64,000 nucleotides of DNA from Macrostomum lignano (GCA_002269645.1 NIVC01001918.1:1-64000); one strand, 5' to 3'. Counted from the stretch's first letter, positions 10,845 to 23,990 are shown. Program-made: numbers and translations. Notes: a model not told the origin generated them from the letters alone.

Positions 10845-13800
10845 AATATACACGTGCCAACTGGCATTGCTGGCCACAGCTGACTACCAACTGGTTCAGG
10901 CCTGCGGCGTGGACCAATCCGTGTGGTCCAGCCTGTCAGACGGGCAGCGCCAGAATCTATTCGAAGTCATCGACAGCCTGCAGGCCGCCCTCGCCAGCGC
11001 CAGAGAGCGTTGCGAAATGCAACGAGTGGACAGCGAGCAGCGAGTATTCGAGGCCACGGCCAAGTCCAAAGCTCTTGAAGCCGATGCCGCTAGCGACCGG
11101 GCTAAATTGCAATCAGTTCAAACTGAATTAGCGCGCCTGACGGACGAAATTAGCCGAGCAGAGAGTGCCAAATGTGAGCTGCGCGCCCAGCTAGACTCGG
11201 CTCACGATGCCAAAGAGCGCCTACGAGTTGAATGCGTCGAATTGCGCGCCGAGCGCGACAATTTAGCCGAATCGACGCGTCGACTTGCCGGCGAAGTTGA
11301 ACGACTTGGCGGCGAATGCGAACGGCTTAGGGAGCAGCTGCACAAGGCCGAGAGAGAGGTTGTTGAGAAGCAGGTGCGGCTGGATCAGGTGAGCGCTGAG
11401 TTGAAAGATACTTTATAGATTTATAGTACCAAGGGGAATTCAGGCATGGAATCTTGGTGGGAATTCAAATCATGCGCATGTTTTCTTGGTGAGGTTGGGG
11501 GAATTTAGTCATGTTATCTCAGTGTGGTTGGGGGAATTTAGTCATGTTATCTCAGTGGGCTTGGGGGAATTTAGTCATGTTATCTCAGTAGGGTTGGGGG
11601 AATTTAGTCATGTTATCTCAGTGTGCTTGGCGGAATTTAGTCATGTTATCTCAGTGTGCTTGGGGGAATTTAGTTATGTTATCTCAGGGGTTGGGGGAAT
11701 TTAGTCATGTTATCTCAGTGTGCTTGGGGGAATTTAATCATGTTATCTTGGTGAGGTTGGGGGGATTTAGTCATGTTATCTCAGTGGGGTTGGGGGAATT
11801 TAGTCATGTTATCTCAGTAGGGTTGGGGGAATTTAGTCATGTTATCTCAGTGGGGTTGGGGGAATTTAGTCATGTTATCTCAGTGTGGTTGGGGGAATTT
11901 AGTCATGTTATCTCAGTGGGGTTGGAGGGAATTTGTCGTTGTCTCTGTTGGATAAAATGAATTTGTCATGGGATTCGGAGGGGAATTCAGGCATGGGATT
12001 TCGTTGTGGTCCGGGAGAAATCGGACATTGAATACTGGTAAGAAAAAGGGGATCAAATTTAATAGTTTTAAAAAAGTACATTGAATTTAAGGTACAATTA
12101 TTTTAAACAGTCCGAATTACTCTACTCACAGTAGCATATTAAACATTACCCTCACAGGCCCGCATTAGTGAATCATCGGCCACTCTGCGCCTGACCTCGG
12201 CCGAGCAGTCGGACTCGGAGCGGTCGACTCACCTGGCCTGGCTGGAACGCCAGCTGGCCGCCAAGACAGACGAGATTCTCACCGCCCGACAGGCGGCTCG
12301 CGAGCGCGATCGCGAATACCAACTGGAGCTGGACCGTCGGACTGGCGAGCTGGAGTCTCTGACTGCTCAGCTAGAGTCGGCTCGCGAGTCTCAGTCGGCT
12401 ATGCGCGAGCAGCACGATCGACTGCTAGAACGGCTGCGCGAAGCTCGCGACGAGCGGACCAGGCTGGAGGAGGCGCTGGGCGGCGAACTGGAGTCGCAGC
12501 GCCGACTGGCTGCCGTGTACAGATCCGGCGCCGAGGAGCAAGAGCAGCGCTGCGCTCAACTACTCGAAGCTGTCGGCGAACTGCAGGACGACCTGCGACG
12601 TAGCGCCGAGGAGTTCAGTCGGTCAGAGGCTGAGCGTACCGCCGCTGCTGGCCGACTCGAGACTGAACTGGCCGAGCTGAGAGCGCTGCTAGAGAAAAAG
12701 GAGGCCGAATTGCAGGTGAGAGCGGTTCACTTAAATCAATTGATAGGTGAGTAGTGACTAAGTGAGTAGTCAGCTTAGTGAATAAGTAAGTAGTAAGTTT
12801 ATTAGTCAAAGTCGGTTAATGACTGAATGAGGGGACAGGTAATGACTAAATGAGAGGACAGGTAATGACTAAATGAGGGGACAGGTAATGACTAAATGAG
12901 GGGACAGGTAATGACTAAATGAGGGGACAGGTTAATGACTAAATGAGGGGACAAGTTAGTGACTAAATGATGGGACAGGTTAATGACTAAATGAGGGGAC
13001 AGGTTAATGACTAAATGAGGGGACAGGTTAATGACTAAATGAGGGGACAGGTAATGACTAAATGAGGGGACAGGTAATGACTAAATGAGGGGACAGGTAA
13101 TGACTAAATGAGGGGACAGGTTAGTGACTAAATGAGGGGACAGGTTAATGACTAAATGAGGGGACAGGTTAGTGACTAAATGAGGGGACAGGTTAGTGAC
13201 TAAATCAGGGGACAGGTTAGTGACTAAATCAGGGGACAGGTTAGTGACTAAATGAGGGGACAGGTTAATGACTAAATGAGGGGACAGGTTAGTGACTAAA
13301 TGAGGGGACAGGTTAATGACTAAATGAGGGGACAGGTTAATGACTAAATGAGCCACTAAATTTCTCACTCGGCCATTTTCGCCCAACTCCCCCAGCTGGC
13401 CAACTCTCAAATCGAGCTGTTGCGCGGCGAATCGGACACGGCCGAGCAGGTGGCCGAGATGACGCCTGCGGCGGCGGCTGTTCGCGACCTGCTGAAGCGG
13501 GGCAAGCCGCTAAGCGAACTGTGCGTCGAGTACGCGGATCTGCAGCGCCGGCTGCACCGGGAACGCGAGGAGGCCGCCGCGCTGCGTCAATCAATGCAGA
13601 CGGTGCTACGCGAAGTTGAAGCCGGCGCTCCGGGTGTTCGCCGATTGCGCGAGGACAACGCCAGACTGACGGCGGCCGCGGCTCAATTAAGCCGACAATT
13701 GGATTCGGCGTTAGCTGAACTGGCCGACCTCAAGGCCGACTGTCAGGACAGGCTCCGCGGACTGCGCCATCTGGAGCGTGAGAACCGGCGCCTCTCTGAC

Positions 13801-16800
13801 AGCCACTCTGATCAGAGCCGCCAGGTGGCCCGCCTGCTGTGGGAGCTTCACATGGCCAAGACTGGCGCCCCGCCGCCCAGCTCGCCCTATCGCCCGTTTG
13901 CCGGCGAGTCGCCGTCCTCGTCGCAGTCGGCTGTTCGGCGAGCCGGTGACGTCATCACTGAAAGGCTGCTTACATACGGCGATGTTGAAGAGCTTCAGGA
14001 GCAGAATAGGCGGCTGCTGCAGGTGGGCCTTCGGGCTGGATGCATCTTCTCTCCAGTGTCTTTAAATAGATAGTCCTCTGCCCCCACAGTGTCCATAAAT
14101 AGACAGCCCTCTGCCCCCCCCCCCACAGTGTCCTTAAATAGACAGTCCTCTGCCCCCACAGTGTCCTTAAATAGACAGTCCTCTGCCCCCCCCCCCACAG
14201 TGTCCTTAAATAGACAGTCCTTTGCTCCCCACAGTGTCCTTAAATAGACAGTCATCTGCCCCCCACAGTGTCCTTAAATAGACAGTCCTCTGCCCCCACA
14301 GTGTCCTTAAATAGACAGTCCTCTGCTTCCCCCACAGTGTCCTTAAATAGACAGTCCTCTGCCCCCCACAGTGTCCTTAAATAGACAGTCCTCTGCCCCC
14401 ACAGTGTCCTTAAATAGACAGTCCTCTGCTCCCCATAGTGTCCTTAAATAGACAGTCATCTGCCCCCCCCCCACAGTGTCCTTAAATAGACAGTCCTCTG
14501 CCCCCTCTGTTTATATTCTACAATTATTCACATTTTATGACCAACCTGTACCCCACCCTGTCCCCGACAGGTGAGCCGTGAGCTGGCCAACCGGCTAGAG
14601 GAGATGGAAGCAGCCGAAGCCGCCACTGACTCCGGGTCGGCTGCAGCCTCCGGCCAGCCAGCAGAGGCCGAACTGCGCTCCCAGCTGGCCAGCATGGCGG
14701 CCGAATTGGAGCGTCTGCAATCTGCTGAAGCTCAGCATCGAACGCTGCTAGGCGCCGCGGCCAGGCAGCGGGACGCTATGCGAGCCGTGTTGCTGTGCCA
14801 TGCCGGGCCGCAGGTGGCCGGCCTGTTTGGCCTTAGCGAAGCAGAGCAGGTAAATACTCACTCTAGCGACTCTGGGGCGATTTTTGTTTAACTCAAACGC
14901 GTCTAATGCGACGGAGAAGCGACTGTTGCGTCACGTGAGTTGTTAAATCGTAATAGAGTTGGCCAAGAGTCGTTGGCGCTGAACTTTCGATAGAGATGTG
15001 ACTCTAAAATTAATCCAGCGACGCTTTAAACACAACTCAGGTGACTTTATACAGTGACTCTCGGCCCTAAACGTCTTTTTTACTTAGACTCAGCCGCAGG
15101 GTGGTCCGTAGACACAGCGGGGAGGCGAGGGTCGCCCATTCCGCTAGCCCCTGAAGGCCCGCAGACAGGCAGAGGCGTGGGGCCAATCAGGGTGGTCCGC
15201 CGGTCCGTCCTGCAGCGGGATCTTCCATGGGGAAGAAACTGGCTCGTCTTGTCGCCCGAAGGAACCGGATGAGCCGTGGGATGCTGTCGGGCTGGCAGAC
15301 CTCGTCAATGGACGGGTTCGGCCAGAGGTAGCGTAGCCGGTCTCTGGTAAAGAAAGGGCAGTGACAAACAAAGTGCTGAGCATCTTCATTGTCGTACTCG
15401 CAAAAAGGGCAAAGTTCGCTCTCGACGTCGCCTCGGAGGAAGCAGTGCCTGGCGAGGTTGCCATGGCGCCGGCCGGTAAAGGTCATGACAAGGGCTCGAA
15501 TATCCTTCCGATTCTGGTTCAGAAGGACGTTTCTGAGCCTGCCGGAGGGGTACGGAACCGCGGCACGAGATTGCCGCCAGTTTTGGGTGCCCGCCCATCT
15601 GTCCCTGTGGAGGGAGTCAGCCAAGTCATCGATCTGACGATTGACGACTAATCAGGGGTTAGCGCCCAACTTTTGCTAGAGATGTGACTCTAATTAATCA
15701 AGCGACGCAAATGCGCTTTAAACACAACTCAGGTGACTTTATACAGCGACTCTCGGCCCTAAAAGTCCCAAGTTGACTCTTAGGCGACTCTCTGAAAACT
15801 TTTACAGTGACATCTCATCGTTTTAGAGTCGTCCAGAGTCACTTCTTGCCTATATTACCTAGCTGTGTTACCTGCAACTGCAACGACTCTGAGATGCTTC
15901 TTAGCCTAGGTACCGCTTTCATCGGGTAATCTGAGATCATCCTACTTTGCCTACTAATGAGTAGCAAGAAAATAATTTGAATCGATTATTGTGCACTGAT
16001 AAATGGTGCAGATTATTAGAAACCGGTCTATTGTCTGTGCATATCGCTATTCTTATCTATTAAACATCTCTATTTAATCCTGAATTTCCACCAGACCGCA
16101 CTAGCCGAAGCTTCATCACTAACCAAGCTGGCATCGCCGGACGGGGTTTCCCAGAAGCAGCAGCAGCATCGGCAGCCATCCGTATCGCCTGTTCGAGCAG
16201 CATCCGGTACTAGCGCGACAGATCAGCAGCCTCAGCAGGCCGGCGGTGCCGCTGCTAACTCCGTTGACGAGCTCAAGCAGTTGCTAAGCGAACTCGGCGA
16301 GCAGTTCTCAGCCTACAAAGCCGACAGGGCGCAGCGGGACGCCGCTAGGGACAAAGAATTGGAGACGGCTAAGAGCGAAATCGACAGGCTTAAACAGCTT
16401 AATGCTCGATTGTCTGCTCAGCTGGAGTCGCATCATGAGAAGGCCAGACTGCAGGTAGTTGAGTTATGGGTTGCTTAATAGAGATATGTCTAACACAGTC
16501 TCGCGAGTCCTGCTGTAACATCCTGTGTTTAACATGGCTGTCCACTGTAACATCCTGTGTCTAACATGGCTGTCCACTGTAACATCCTGTGTCTAACATG
16601 GCTCTTCACTGTATAACAGCTTTGTCCATTGTAACACCTGTGTCTAACAGGGTTGTCAATTTTAACACCTGTGTCTAACAGGGTTGTCCATTTTAACACC
16701 TGTGTCTAACAGGGTTGTCCATTGTAACACCTGTGTCTAACAGGGTTGTCCATTGTAACACCTGTGTCTAACAGGGTTGTCAATTTTAACACCTGTGTCT

Positions 16801-19800
16801 AACAGGGTTGTCCATTGTAACACCTGTGTCTAACAGGGTTGTCCATTGTAACACCTGTGTCTAACAGGGTTGTCCATTGTAACACCTGTGTCTAACAGGG
16901 TGGTCCATTTTAACACCTGTGTCTAACAGGGTTGTCCATTGTAACACCTGTGTCTAACAAGGTGGTCCATTTTAACACCTGTGTCTAACAGGGTTGTCCA
17001 TTTTAACACCTGTGTCTAACAGGGTTGTCCATTGTAACACCTGTGTCTAACAGGGTTGTCCATTGTAACACCTGTGTCTAACAGGGTTGTCCATTGTAAC
17101 ACCTGTGTCTAACAGGGTTGTCCATTGTAACACCTGTGTCTAACAGGGTTGTCCATTGTAACACCTGTGTCTAACAGGGTTGTCCATTGTAACACCTGTG
17201 TCTAACAGGGTTGTCCATTGTAACACCTGTGTCTAACAGGGTTGTCCATTGTAACACCTGTGTCTAACAGGGTTGTCCATTGTAACACCTGTGTCTAACA
17301 GGGTTGTCCATTGTAACACCTGTGTCTAACAGGGTTGTCCATTGTAACACCTGTGTCTAACAGGGTTGTCCATTGTAACACCTGTGTCTAACAGGGTTGT
17401 CCATTTTAACACCTGTGTCTAACAGGGTTGTCCATTGTAACACCTGTGTCTAACAGGGTTGTCCATTTTAACACCTGTGTCTAACAGGGTTGTCCATTGT
17501 AACACCTGTGTCTAACAGGGTTGTCCATTGTAACACCTGTGTCTAACAGGGTTGTCCATTGTAACACCTGTGTCTAACAGGGTTGTCCATTGTAACACCT
17601 GTGTCTAACAGGGTTGTCCATTTTAACACCTGTGTCTAACAGGGTGGTCCATTTTAACACCTGTATCTAACAAGGTTTTCCACTGTAACACCCGTCTAAC
17701 AAGATTTCAGGCTATAACACGTGTGTCACAATACCCAATGCATCCCAATGCCCCACCTGTCAATCACCGCAGGAGTCCAACGCCGCCGAGCTGCGCCGCG
17801 AAATCGCCGCCCTGCACCAGTCGGCCGAGCGGGCTATCGAAGCCCGGGCCCGCAGCGAGCAGGAGGCCAGCCAGGCGAAGTCTGCCGCCGCCTCCAGCGC
17901 CGATTGCGTTGCCCGGCTGGAGTCGCAGCTGGCCTCGGCTCGCTCCCAGCTGGACACGCTAAGGCCTAGCGAGGCGCGCCTTCGCGCCGAGAACGACCGG
18001 CTGCGCAGCGAAGCGGCCGGCCAGCAGCGCGCCCTATTCGCCAGCCTAGAAGAGATGCGGCGCAGTTTAGAACGGCGCGAAGTTGAATCGCGCGACGCCG
18101 CCGATTCGCGAGTAGAAACGCTGCAACGCGAGGCCGACTCGCTGCGCGCCCGGCTGGCCAGCGAGACCAGCCGCCTGGCCGAGGAGCGCGCCGATTTAGA
18201 GCGAAACGTGCGCCGCCTAAGCGAACAGCTTGCCGGCGTAGAGGCTGAACGAGCCCGCCTGGCCGAGTCGCTGGCCGCTCGCGACGCCGAGCTGGAACGA
18301 GTCCAGACTGAGCTGCGCAATGCTCCGTCTGCTCAGCAGCAGTCAACTACAGAGAAATCGCAGTCCGGCGCCGCTGACTCCGCTGAAGATGACGGCGCCG
18401 TCCGGTTGGCGCGCCTTCGCTGCGCCGAACTCGAAGCCGAATTGCAGTCGGCCAGACGCGAAGCCGATCGATTGCGCGCCGAGGCCGTCGAATATCGCGA
18501 CGTGTCGGCAAGGGTTGAAGAGAGCCTGGCCGAGCAGGCGGCTGTGCACGAGCAGCTGCTGACTGATGTCGAAGCCAGAGTGCGCCGGGAGCAGGAGGCA
18601 GCTGAGCAGTAAGCACTCTTTGTGTCTCTGGACAGTGCCGCCCGCTGCCCACTGTAACACCTGTGTCTCACAGATCGCTGCCCACTGTAACACCTGTGTC
18701 TCACAGACCGCAGCCCACTGTAACACCTGTCTCACAGACCGCAGCCCACTGTAACACCTGTGTCTCAGAGATCGCAGCCCACTGTAACACCTGTGCCTCA
18801 CAGACCGCAGCCCACTGTAACACCTGTGTCTTACAGACCGCAGCCCACTGTAACACCTGTGTCTCACAGACCGTTTCCCACTTTAACACCTGTGTCTCAG
18901 TGATCGCAGCCCACTGTAACACCTGTGTCTCAGAGATCGCAGCCCACTGTAACACCTGTGCCTCACAGACAGACTGCAGCCCACTGTAACACCTGTGTCT
19001 CACAGACTGCAGCCCACTGTAACACCTGTGTCTCACAGATCGCTGCCCACTGTAGCACCTCTCACCGGCCGCCCGATAGTATCAAATAAGATTGTTTAAT
19101 AACCAATGTTTCACCTCGCAGGTGCCGATCGGCAGCCGCAGACGCCGAACGCCAGGCCGCCGATTGGCGCGCCAAAGCGGAGCGCCTAGGCGCCGAAGCC
19201 GAGTCCGAACGGGCCGACGCTGCTAGCCGCCTCGCCGAACTCGAGCAGCGGGCGCGCAACGCCGAGGAGTCGCTCGAAGCCGCGTTAGCCGCCGAGAAAC
19301 GCGCCTCCGAGGATGGCCAAGCGGCTGCCAGCAGGGCAACGGAAGCGGAAGCCAAATACGAGCAGGAGCTGGTGCTGCACGCTGTCGATGTGCGCGCCCA
19401 CGCCGAGACAAAACAGTCTCTGGCCGATCTGCAATCGGAGCTGCACAGCCTGCGCGCCGAGCACGCTTCGGCTAAGGCGGAGTTCGAGGAGCGCCTGGCC
19501 GAACGGCAGGCTGCGTCCGACGCCCTGTCGGAGGAGAAGGCGGCATTGGAGGCTCGGCTAGCGGACGCCAGAGAGATGTGCGCCAAGCTGCAGGACCAGG
19601 TTGAGCTGACCGCCACGCAGATGCTGGCTATGAGGCGGCCGGAGGCAGAGGAGTCCTATGCGGCGGAGGCTCCTGCTGATGCCAGCGCGATCCCGGAGTC
19701 CAACAAGTCAGCCGAGCAGCTGCTGCAGTTGGTTCGCTATCTGCGCAAGGAGCGCAATTTGGCCGAGAGTCAGGCGGCTCAACTACGCGAAGAGACCGCC

Positions 19801-22581
19801 AGGCTGCGGCGGCTGGCCGAAGACAATCGAACGGCGGCCGAGCGGGCCAAGAACGAGTTAACCGCTGAACGGGAGCGCCAGCGAGCCTCGGTTGCTACGG
19901 ACGCGGCGCACGCTGGCCTATTGGAACGAGTCGAACAGCTAAGCCTGGTAACCGAGAGCAACCGACTGCTCAGACGTGAACAAGCCGAACTGCGCTCGCG
20001 TCTGGCTGAGCTTGAGAAGTCGGCCGCCGAATCAGATACTAAGCTTGAGCCGCTGCGCACCGAGCTCAATAACTTGCAAGAAGAGCGAAAAAAATTTGAA
20101 TCCGAACTGTCGCTAGTTCGCGAAGAATGCACCCGCTGGCGTCAGCGCGCCTCAGAATTGGCGCAACGCGTCGAGCGTCAAGAGCGCCAGTATCAGGAAC
20201 AGCAGCAGCAGCTGGTTGACCCAGAGGCGCTGCGTCAGGCCAATCAAGAGCGGGACCGCCTGCGGCGCGAACTGGAAGACGCCACGGCGGATAGGCAGCG
20301 CCTGGCCCAACGCTTGGCCGACACAGCCAGCCGGATATCCGGCCTCGAGGCTGCTCAGAAAGCTGCCGAATCGTCTCTGGCCACGGCCGGGCGGGAGGCC
20401 CAAGAAGGCACGGCCGAGCGGGACCGGCTGCAGCGAGGCCACGAGGAGTTGAAAGAGCGATTCAAAAAGATTCAAGAGGTTGCGCGCAAATATAAGCAAG
20501 AATCTACCGAGTTGAAAGCGCAATTGCAACAGCAGCAGCAGCAGCCTCAGCATCAGTCACAACAACAGCAGCAGCAGCAGCAAGAGCAGCAACAACGTCA
20601 GCAGCAACTGCAGCAAGAGGCTGAAGCGGCAAAACGTCGTGTTGAGGAGTTGCAAGCGGAGAACAGCCAACTACGCTTGGAAGTGTCCGAGGCTCGCAAG
20701 CGAGTCACCGCTATCGAGGGACACGCCAGAATGCTCGGCGCTGACAATGCCAGACTAAGAGGTCGGTTAAGCGAACTCGAGGCTCAGCTTCAGCAGCAGC
20801 AGAGGCCGCACTCGCAGCCCCAGGCTCAGCAGCCGCCTCAAACTCCACCGCCGCCGCCGACGCAGCAGCAGCAGCAGCAGCAGCAATTGCAGCCGCAGAC
20901 CTCGCAACAATCGGCGCCGTCCACAGTGATAAAGAGTAGTCCGGACACGGAGGCTTTGAAGCACACAATGACCGTCAAGCCGACGCCGCAGCAGCCGGCA
21001 GCTGCTAGGGAAGCCAAGCAGACGGCTGAGATAACTCCGCTACTGCGGCCTTCTCAGCCATCCTCTGTTATTGTTGTTGCCGTGCAACCGACGCCGCAGC
21101 ACGAGGCCACCGCAGCCATCAGTGGTCAGCAGCAGGCTCTGTCACCGCAGCAGCAGCCAGTTATTGCTCCACCGCCGCAACCAACATCCACACTTCCGTC
21201 ATCGTCGTCAGCTGCCCCGGTGTCGTCGGAGGAGACGCAAGCTGTGCTTCACCAGCCGCAGCTGCCGCCGCAGGCTATGGTGACGCCCATGCCATCGGCT
21301 GAGATCTCGGCGATGCCGTCCGCTTCGACAGCGACATCGACAGGTGCAGCCGCCTCTTCTAGCAGCGTCGGGGTCGTCGGCGGCGTCAGTCTGAAACGGC
21401 CCCGACAATTGCTGGAGGAATCCGACAGTGCCGCCTCCGCGTCGTCGTCCACCGTCAATCTGGATCGTCAGCGCGAGCCGTCGGCGTCAGCCTCCGCAGC
21501 CGGGTCGGCCGCCGATGACGAAGAAGCCGGCAGTCGAGGCTCGTTCGGTTTCCAAGATCAAGCCGCCGCCTCAGAGCCGAAGCGAGCCCGACTTCAGCAG
21601 CAGCCCGGATTCCAGTCGGCTCTGCTTTCCGAGGCGATGAGTTCCGACCAAGTTGAAGAGGCCGCCGCTGTCAGTGCCGAAGAAGAAGAAGAGGACCAAG
21701 AGGAAGATGACAATGATGACGTGCATATAGCGGAGGTTGAAGGCGAAAGAGACACGGAAGCTGAGGGCTCTCAGGAAGAGGAAGAAGATGAGGATGACCA
21801 GGCAGAAGAAGGCGAAGTAGAAGATGATGACGACGAGGAGGAGGTGGAAGAAGAGGACGACAGCGACGCGTACTTTGCCGCCGCTGCCGCGCCGTCGTTC
21901 GGGCATCGCGGCGGAGCTCAGATGTTCAGACAGTTGCTGCAGAAACCGCCGCCCATCGCTCCTGGGGAGACCATCACCCTGAGCAGCGACTCCGACGAGG
22001 ACCAGGAGGCCACAGAGGAGGCCGACGCCGAGGCTCAACAATCGATGGAAGACGAAGGCGAAGACCAAGACGATGGCGAAGGCGAGGCCGAGGAAGAAAG
22101 CGAAGACGAAGAAGGCGACGAAGAGGAGCAGGAAGAGGAAGAGGAGGAGGACAATGATGACGAGGCCGAGCCGGGTGAAGATGAAGCCGAAGCTGGCGAC
22201 GACGCGGCCACTTCAAAGCAATCGTCGATGTTTGCTGGCGCATCGGCCACTTCAGCTGCTTCGGCGCCGTTCAGCTTCCGCCAGGCGGCCGCCTCTGCGT
22301 CGTCTGTTGGCGGCATCTTCGGCAGCGGCGCGGGAACCAGCGGCCTCGGCGGTAGTGGCACCTCCAGCCTGTTTGGTGCAGCTTCATCAACTCAACAGCA
22401 GCAGCAGCCGGCGTGGCCAAGCATGCAACAACAGGGCGACGTTGGGCCATCGTCGTCTGTCAGACGGGCGACAACTACGACGCTCTCGGGTCACGCGGCT
22501 CGTCAGCAGCAACAGCAGCCAGGCGGTAGGCCGGCCCCATCGGGGGGAAAGTATACGATACAGCGCAGCGATTCGCCTTGA
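10845..22581 (+). CDS. TPR: Nucleoprotein TPR / Megator (nuclear basket coiled-coil protein), 5' end unresolved
   Basis: Phase-consistent GT-AG exons: <10845-11388, 12158-12715, 13396-14022, 14571-14849, 16095-16454, 17773-18608, 19122-22581 (~2200 aa). TPR motifs: RVDSEQRVFE, EELQEQNRRLL, AKYEQELVLHAVDV, KSAEQLLQLVRYLRKE, VTESNRLLRRE. Long coiled coil followed by Q-rich and acidic disordered C-terminus. Confidence 0.92.
11488..11932. repeat. 33-bp minisatellite in TPR intron 1 (~13 copies)
   Basis: Unit GGGGGAATTTAGTCATGTTATCTCAGTGTGGTT with variants; 11-aa periodicity in the ORF track. Confidence 0.95.
12818..13352. repeat. 24-25-bp minisatellite in TPR intron 2 (~21 copies)
   Basis: Unit TAATGACTAAATGAGGGGACAGGT(T). 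Confidence 0.95.
14053..14505. repeat. ~34-38-bp minisatellite in TPR intron 3 (~12 copies)
   Basis: Unit CCCCACAGTGTCCTTAAATAGACAGTCCTCTGC with variable C-run. Confidence 0.95.
14890..15930. repeat. Dispersed GACTC/GAGTC-rich repeat (family B), interrupted by a LINE fragment
   Basis: Shares CGACTGTTG.GTCACG..TCACGTGAGTTG, TAGCGC.CAACTTT, GTGACATCT..TCGTTTTAGAGTCG and CTGTGTTACCTGCAAC with 28220-28560. Confidence 0.65.
15072..15655 (-). mobile_element. 5'-truncated non-LTR retrotransposon 3' fragment (R1/LOA/I-group-like C-terminal zinc knuckle)
   Basis: ORF 15187-15624(-): RKDIRALVMTFTG..HGNLARH..CPFCEYDNEDAQHFVCHC, a C-X2-C-X8-H-X4-C motif typical of the C-terminus of LINE ORF2. Followed by ~115 nt 3' UTR with a short A-run. 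Confidence 0.8.
16524..17700. repeat. 31-bp minisatellite in TPR intron 5 (~37 copies)
   Basis: Highly homogeneous unit GTCCATTGTAACACCTGTGTCTAACAGGGTT. Confidence 0.97.
18645..19060. repeat. 33-bp minisatellite in TPR intron 6 (~12 copies)
   Basis: Unit GCAGCCCACTGTAACACCTGTGTCTCACAGACC; shares TGTAACACCTGTGTCT with the intron 5 array. Confidence 0.95.
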
Positions 22582-23073
22582 CTTTGTTATGAAGATCTTC
22601 TGTTGCCTATAGTTTTAATTTACATGAGAAAATCAAACTGATTGCCGCATTTTCAGCATTATTTTTTTCTGACTGCCGCTAAATCTGTCAGTTTTTCATT
22701 GGGCCACCCTGTCGTGTCTGTATTTCTTTGACTAAGTATATACGATAGGCAGTGCAATTTGGAAGTTTGCTTATTCCTCTTTTGGCTTATCGTTGTGGCC
22801 CCCGTCATTTGTTGAATTTGCACGCCCATTGACATCCTAGGTATTCGTTAACTTATTAATAGCAAAAGACTTGCTTGTCAACATATTCTGTATTAATACT
22901 AATAATAATAATAGCAGCCACATTCTCGGCCCGTGTTGGTTGCGTCTTTGACGCAGCAGACTTTGTGTTTCTGCTCTATTTTATTTAAACTTTTGCTTGT
23001 TCAGACCCGAGTGTATAGTGTCGGCATTCTGCATGTAGCCAAGTTTCTAGACTAGCATTGTCGCCTCTCATTC

Positions 23074-23990
23074 AGTGACTGTCCCTGTGTCTGCCTGTCC
23101 CTGTGTCTGCCTGTCCCTGTGTCTGTCTGTCCCTGTGTCTGCCTGCCCCTGTATCTGCCTGTCCCTGTGTCTGCCTGTCCCTGTGTCTGCCTACCCCTGT
23201 GTCTGCCTGTCTTTGTGTCTGCCTGTCCCTGTGTCTGCCTGTCCCTGTGTCTGCCTGTCCCTGTGTCTGTCTGTCCCTGTGTCTGACTGTCCCTGTGTCT
23301 GCCTGTCTGTGCGTCTGCCTGTCTTTGTGTCTGCCTGTCCCTGTGTCTGCCTGTCTTTGTGTCTGCCTGTCCCTGTGTCTGACTGTCCCTGTGTCTGCCT
23401 GTCTGTGTGTCTGCCTGTCTTTGTGTCTGCCTGTCCCTGTGTCTGCCTGTCTTTGTGTCTGCCTGTCCCTGTGTCTGACTGTCCCTGTGTCTGTCTGTCT
23501 GTGCGTCTGCCTGTCTTTGCGTCAGCCTGTTCCTGTGTCTGCCTGTCTGTGTGTCTGCCTTTGTGTCTGCCTGTCCCTGTGTCTGCCTGTCTCTATGTCT
23601 GCCTGTCCCTGTGTCTGCCTGTCCCTGTGTCTGCCTGTCCCTGTGTCTGCCTGTCCCTGTGTCTGCCTGTCCCTGTGTCTGCTTGTCTCTATGTCTGCCT
23701 GTCCCTGTGTCTGCCTGTCCCTGTGTCTGCCTGTCCCTGTGTCTGCCTGTCTTTGTGTCTGCTTGTCTCAATGTCTGCCTGTCCCTGTGTCTGCTTGTCT
23801 CTATGTCTGCCTGTCCCTGTGTCTGCCTGTCCCTGTGTCTGCTTGTCTCTATGTCTGCCTGTCCCTGTGTCTGTCTGTCTGTGTGTCTGCCTGTCTTTGT
23901 GTCTGCCTGTCTTTGTGTCAGCCTGTCCCTGTGTCTGCCTGTCCCTGTGTCTGCCTGTCCCTGTGTCTGCCTGTCCCTGTGTCTGCCTGT
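23074..23990. repeat. Cryptic minisatellite built on CTGTGTCTGCCTGTCC (16-bp core with shorter subunits)
   Basis: ~900 bp of reiterated GCCTGTCCCTGTGTCT variants between TPR and RNF217. Confidence 0.95.

Noticed and set aside
17760-22612. Antisense and alternate-frame ORFs overlapping TPR, RNF217, TRAF-like, GPCR and gag-pol exons
   Set aside because: Shadow ORFs expected from GC-rich coding sequence; no independent motifs.
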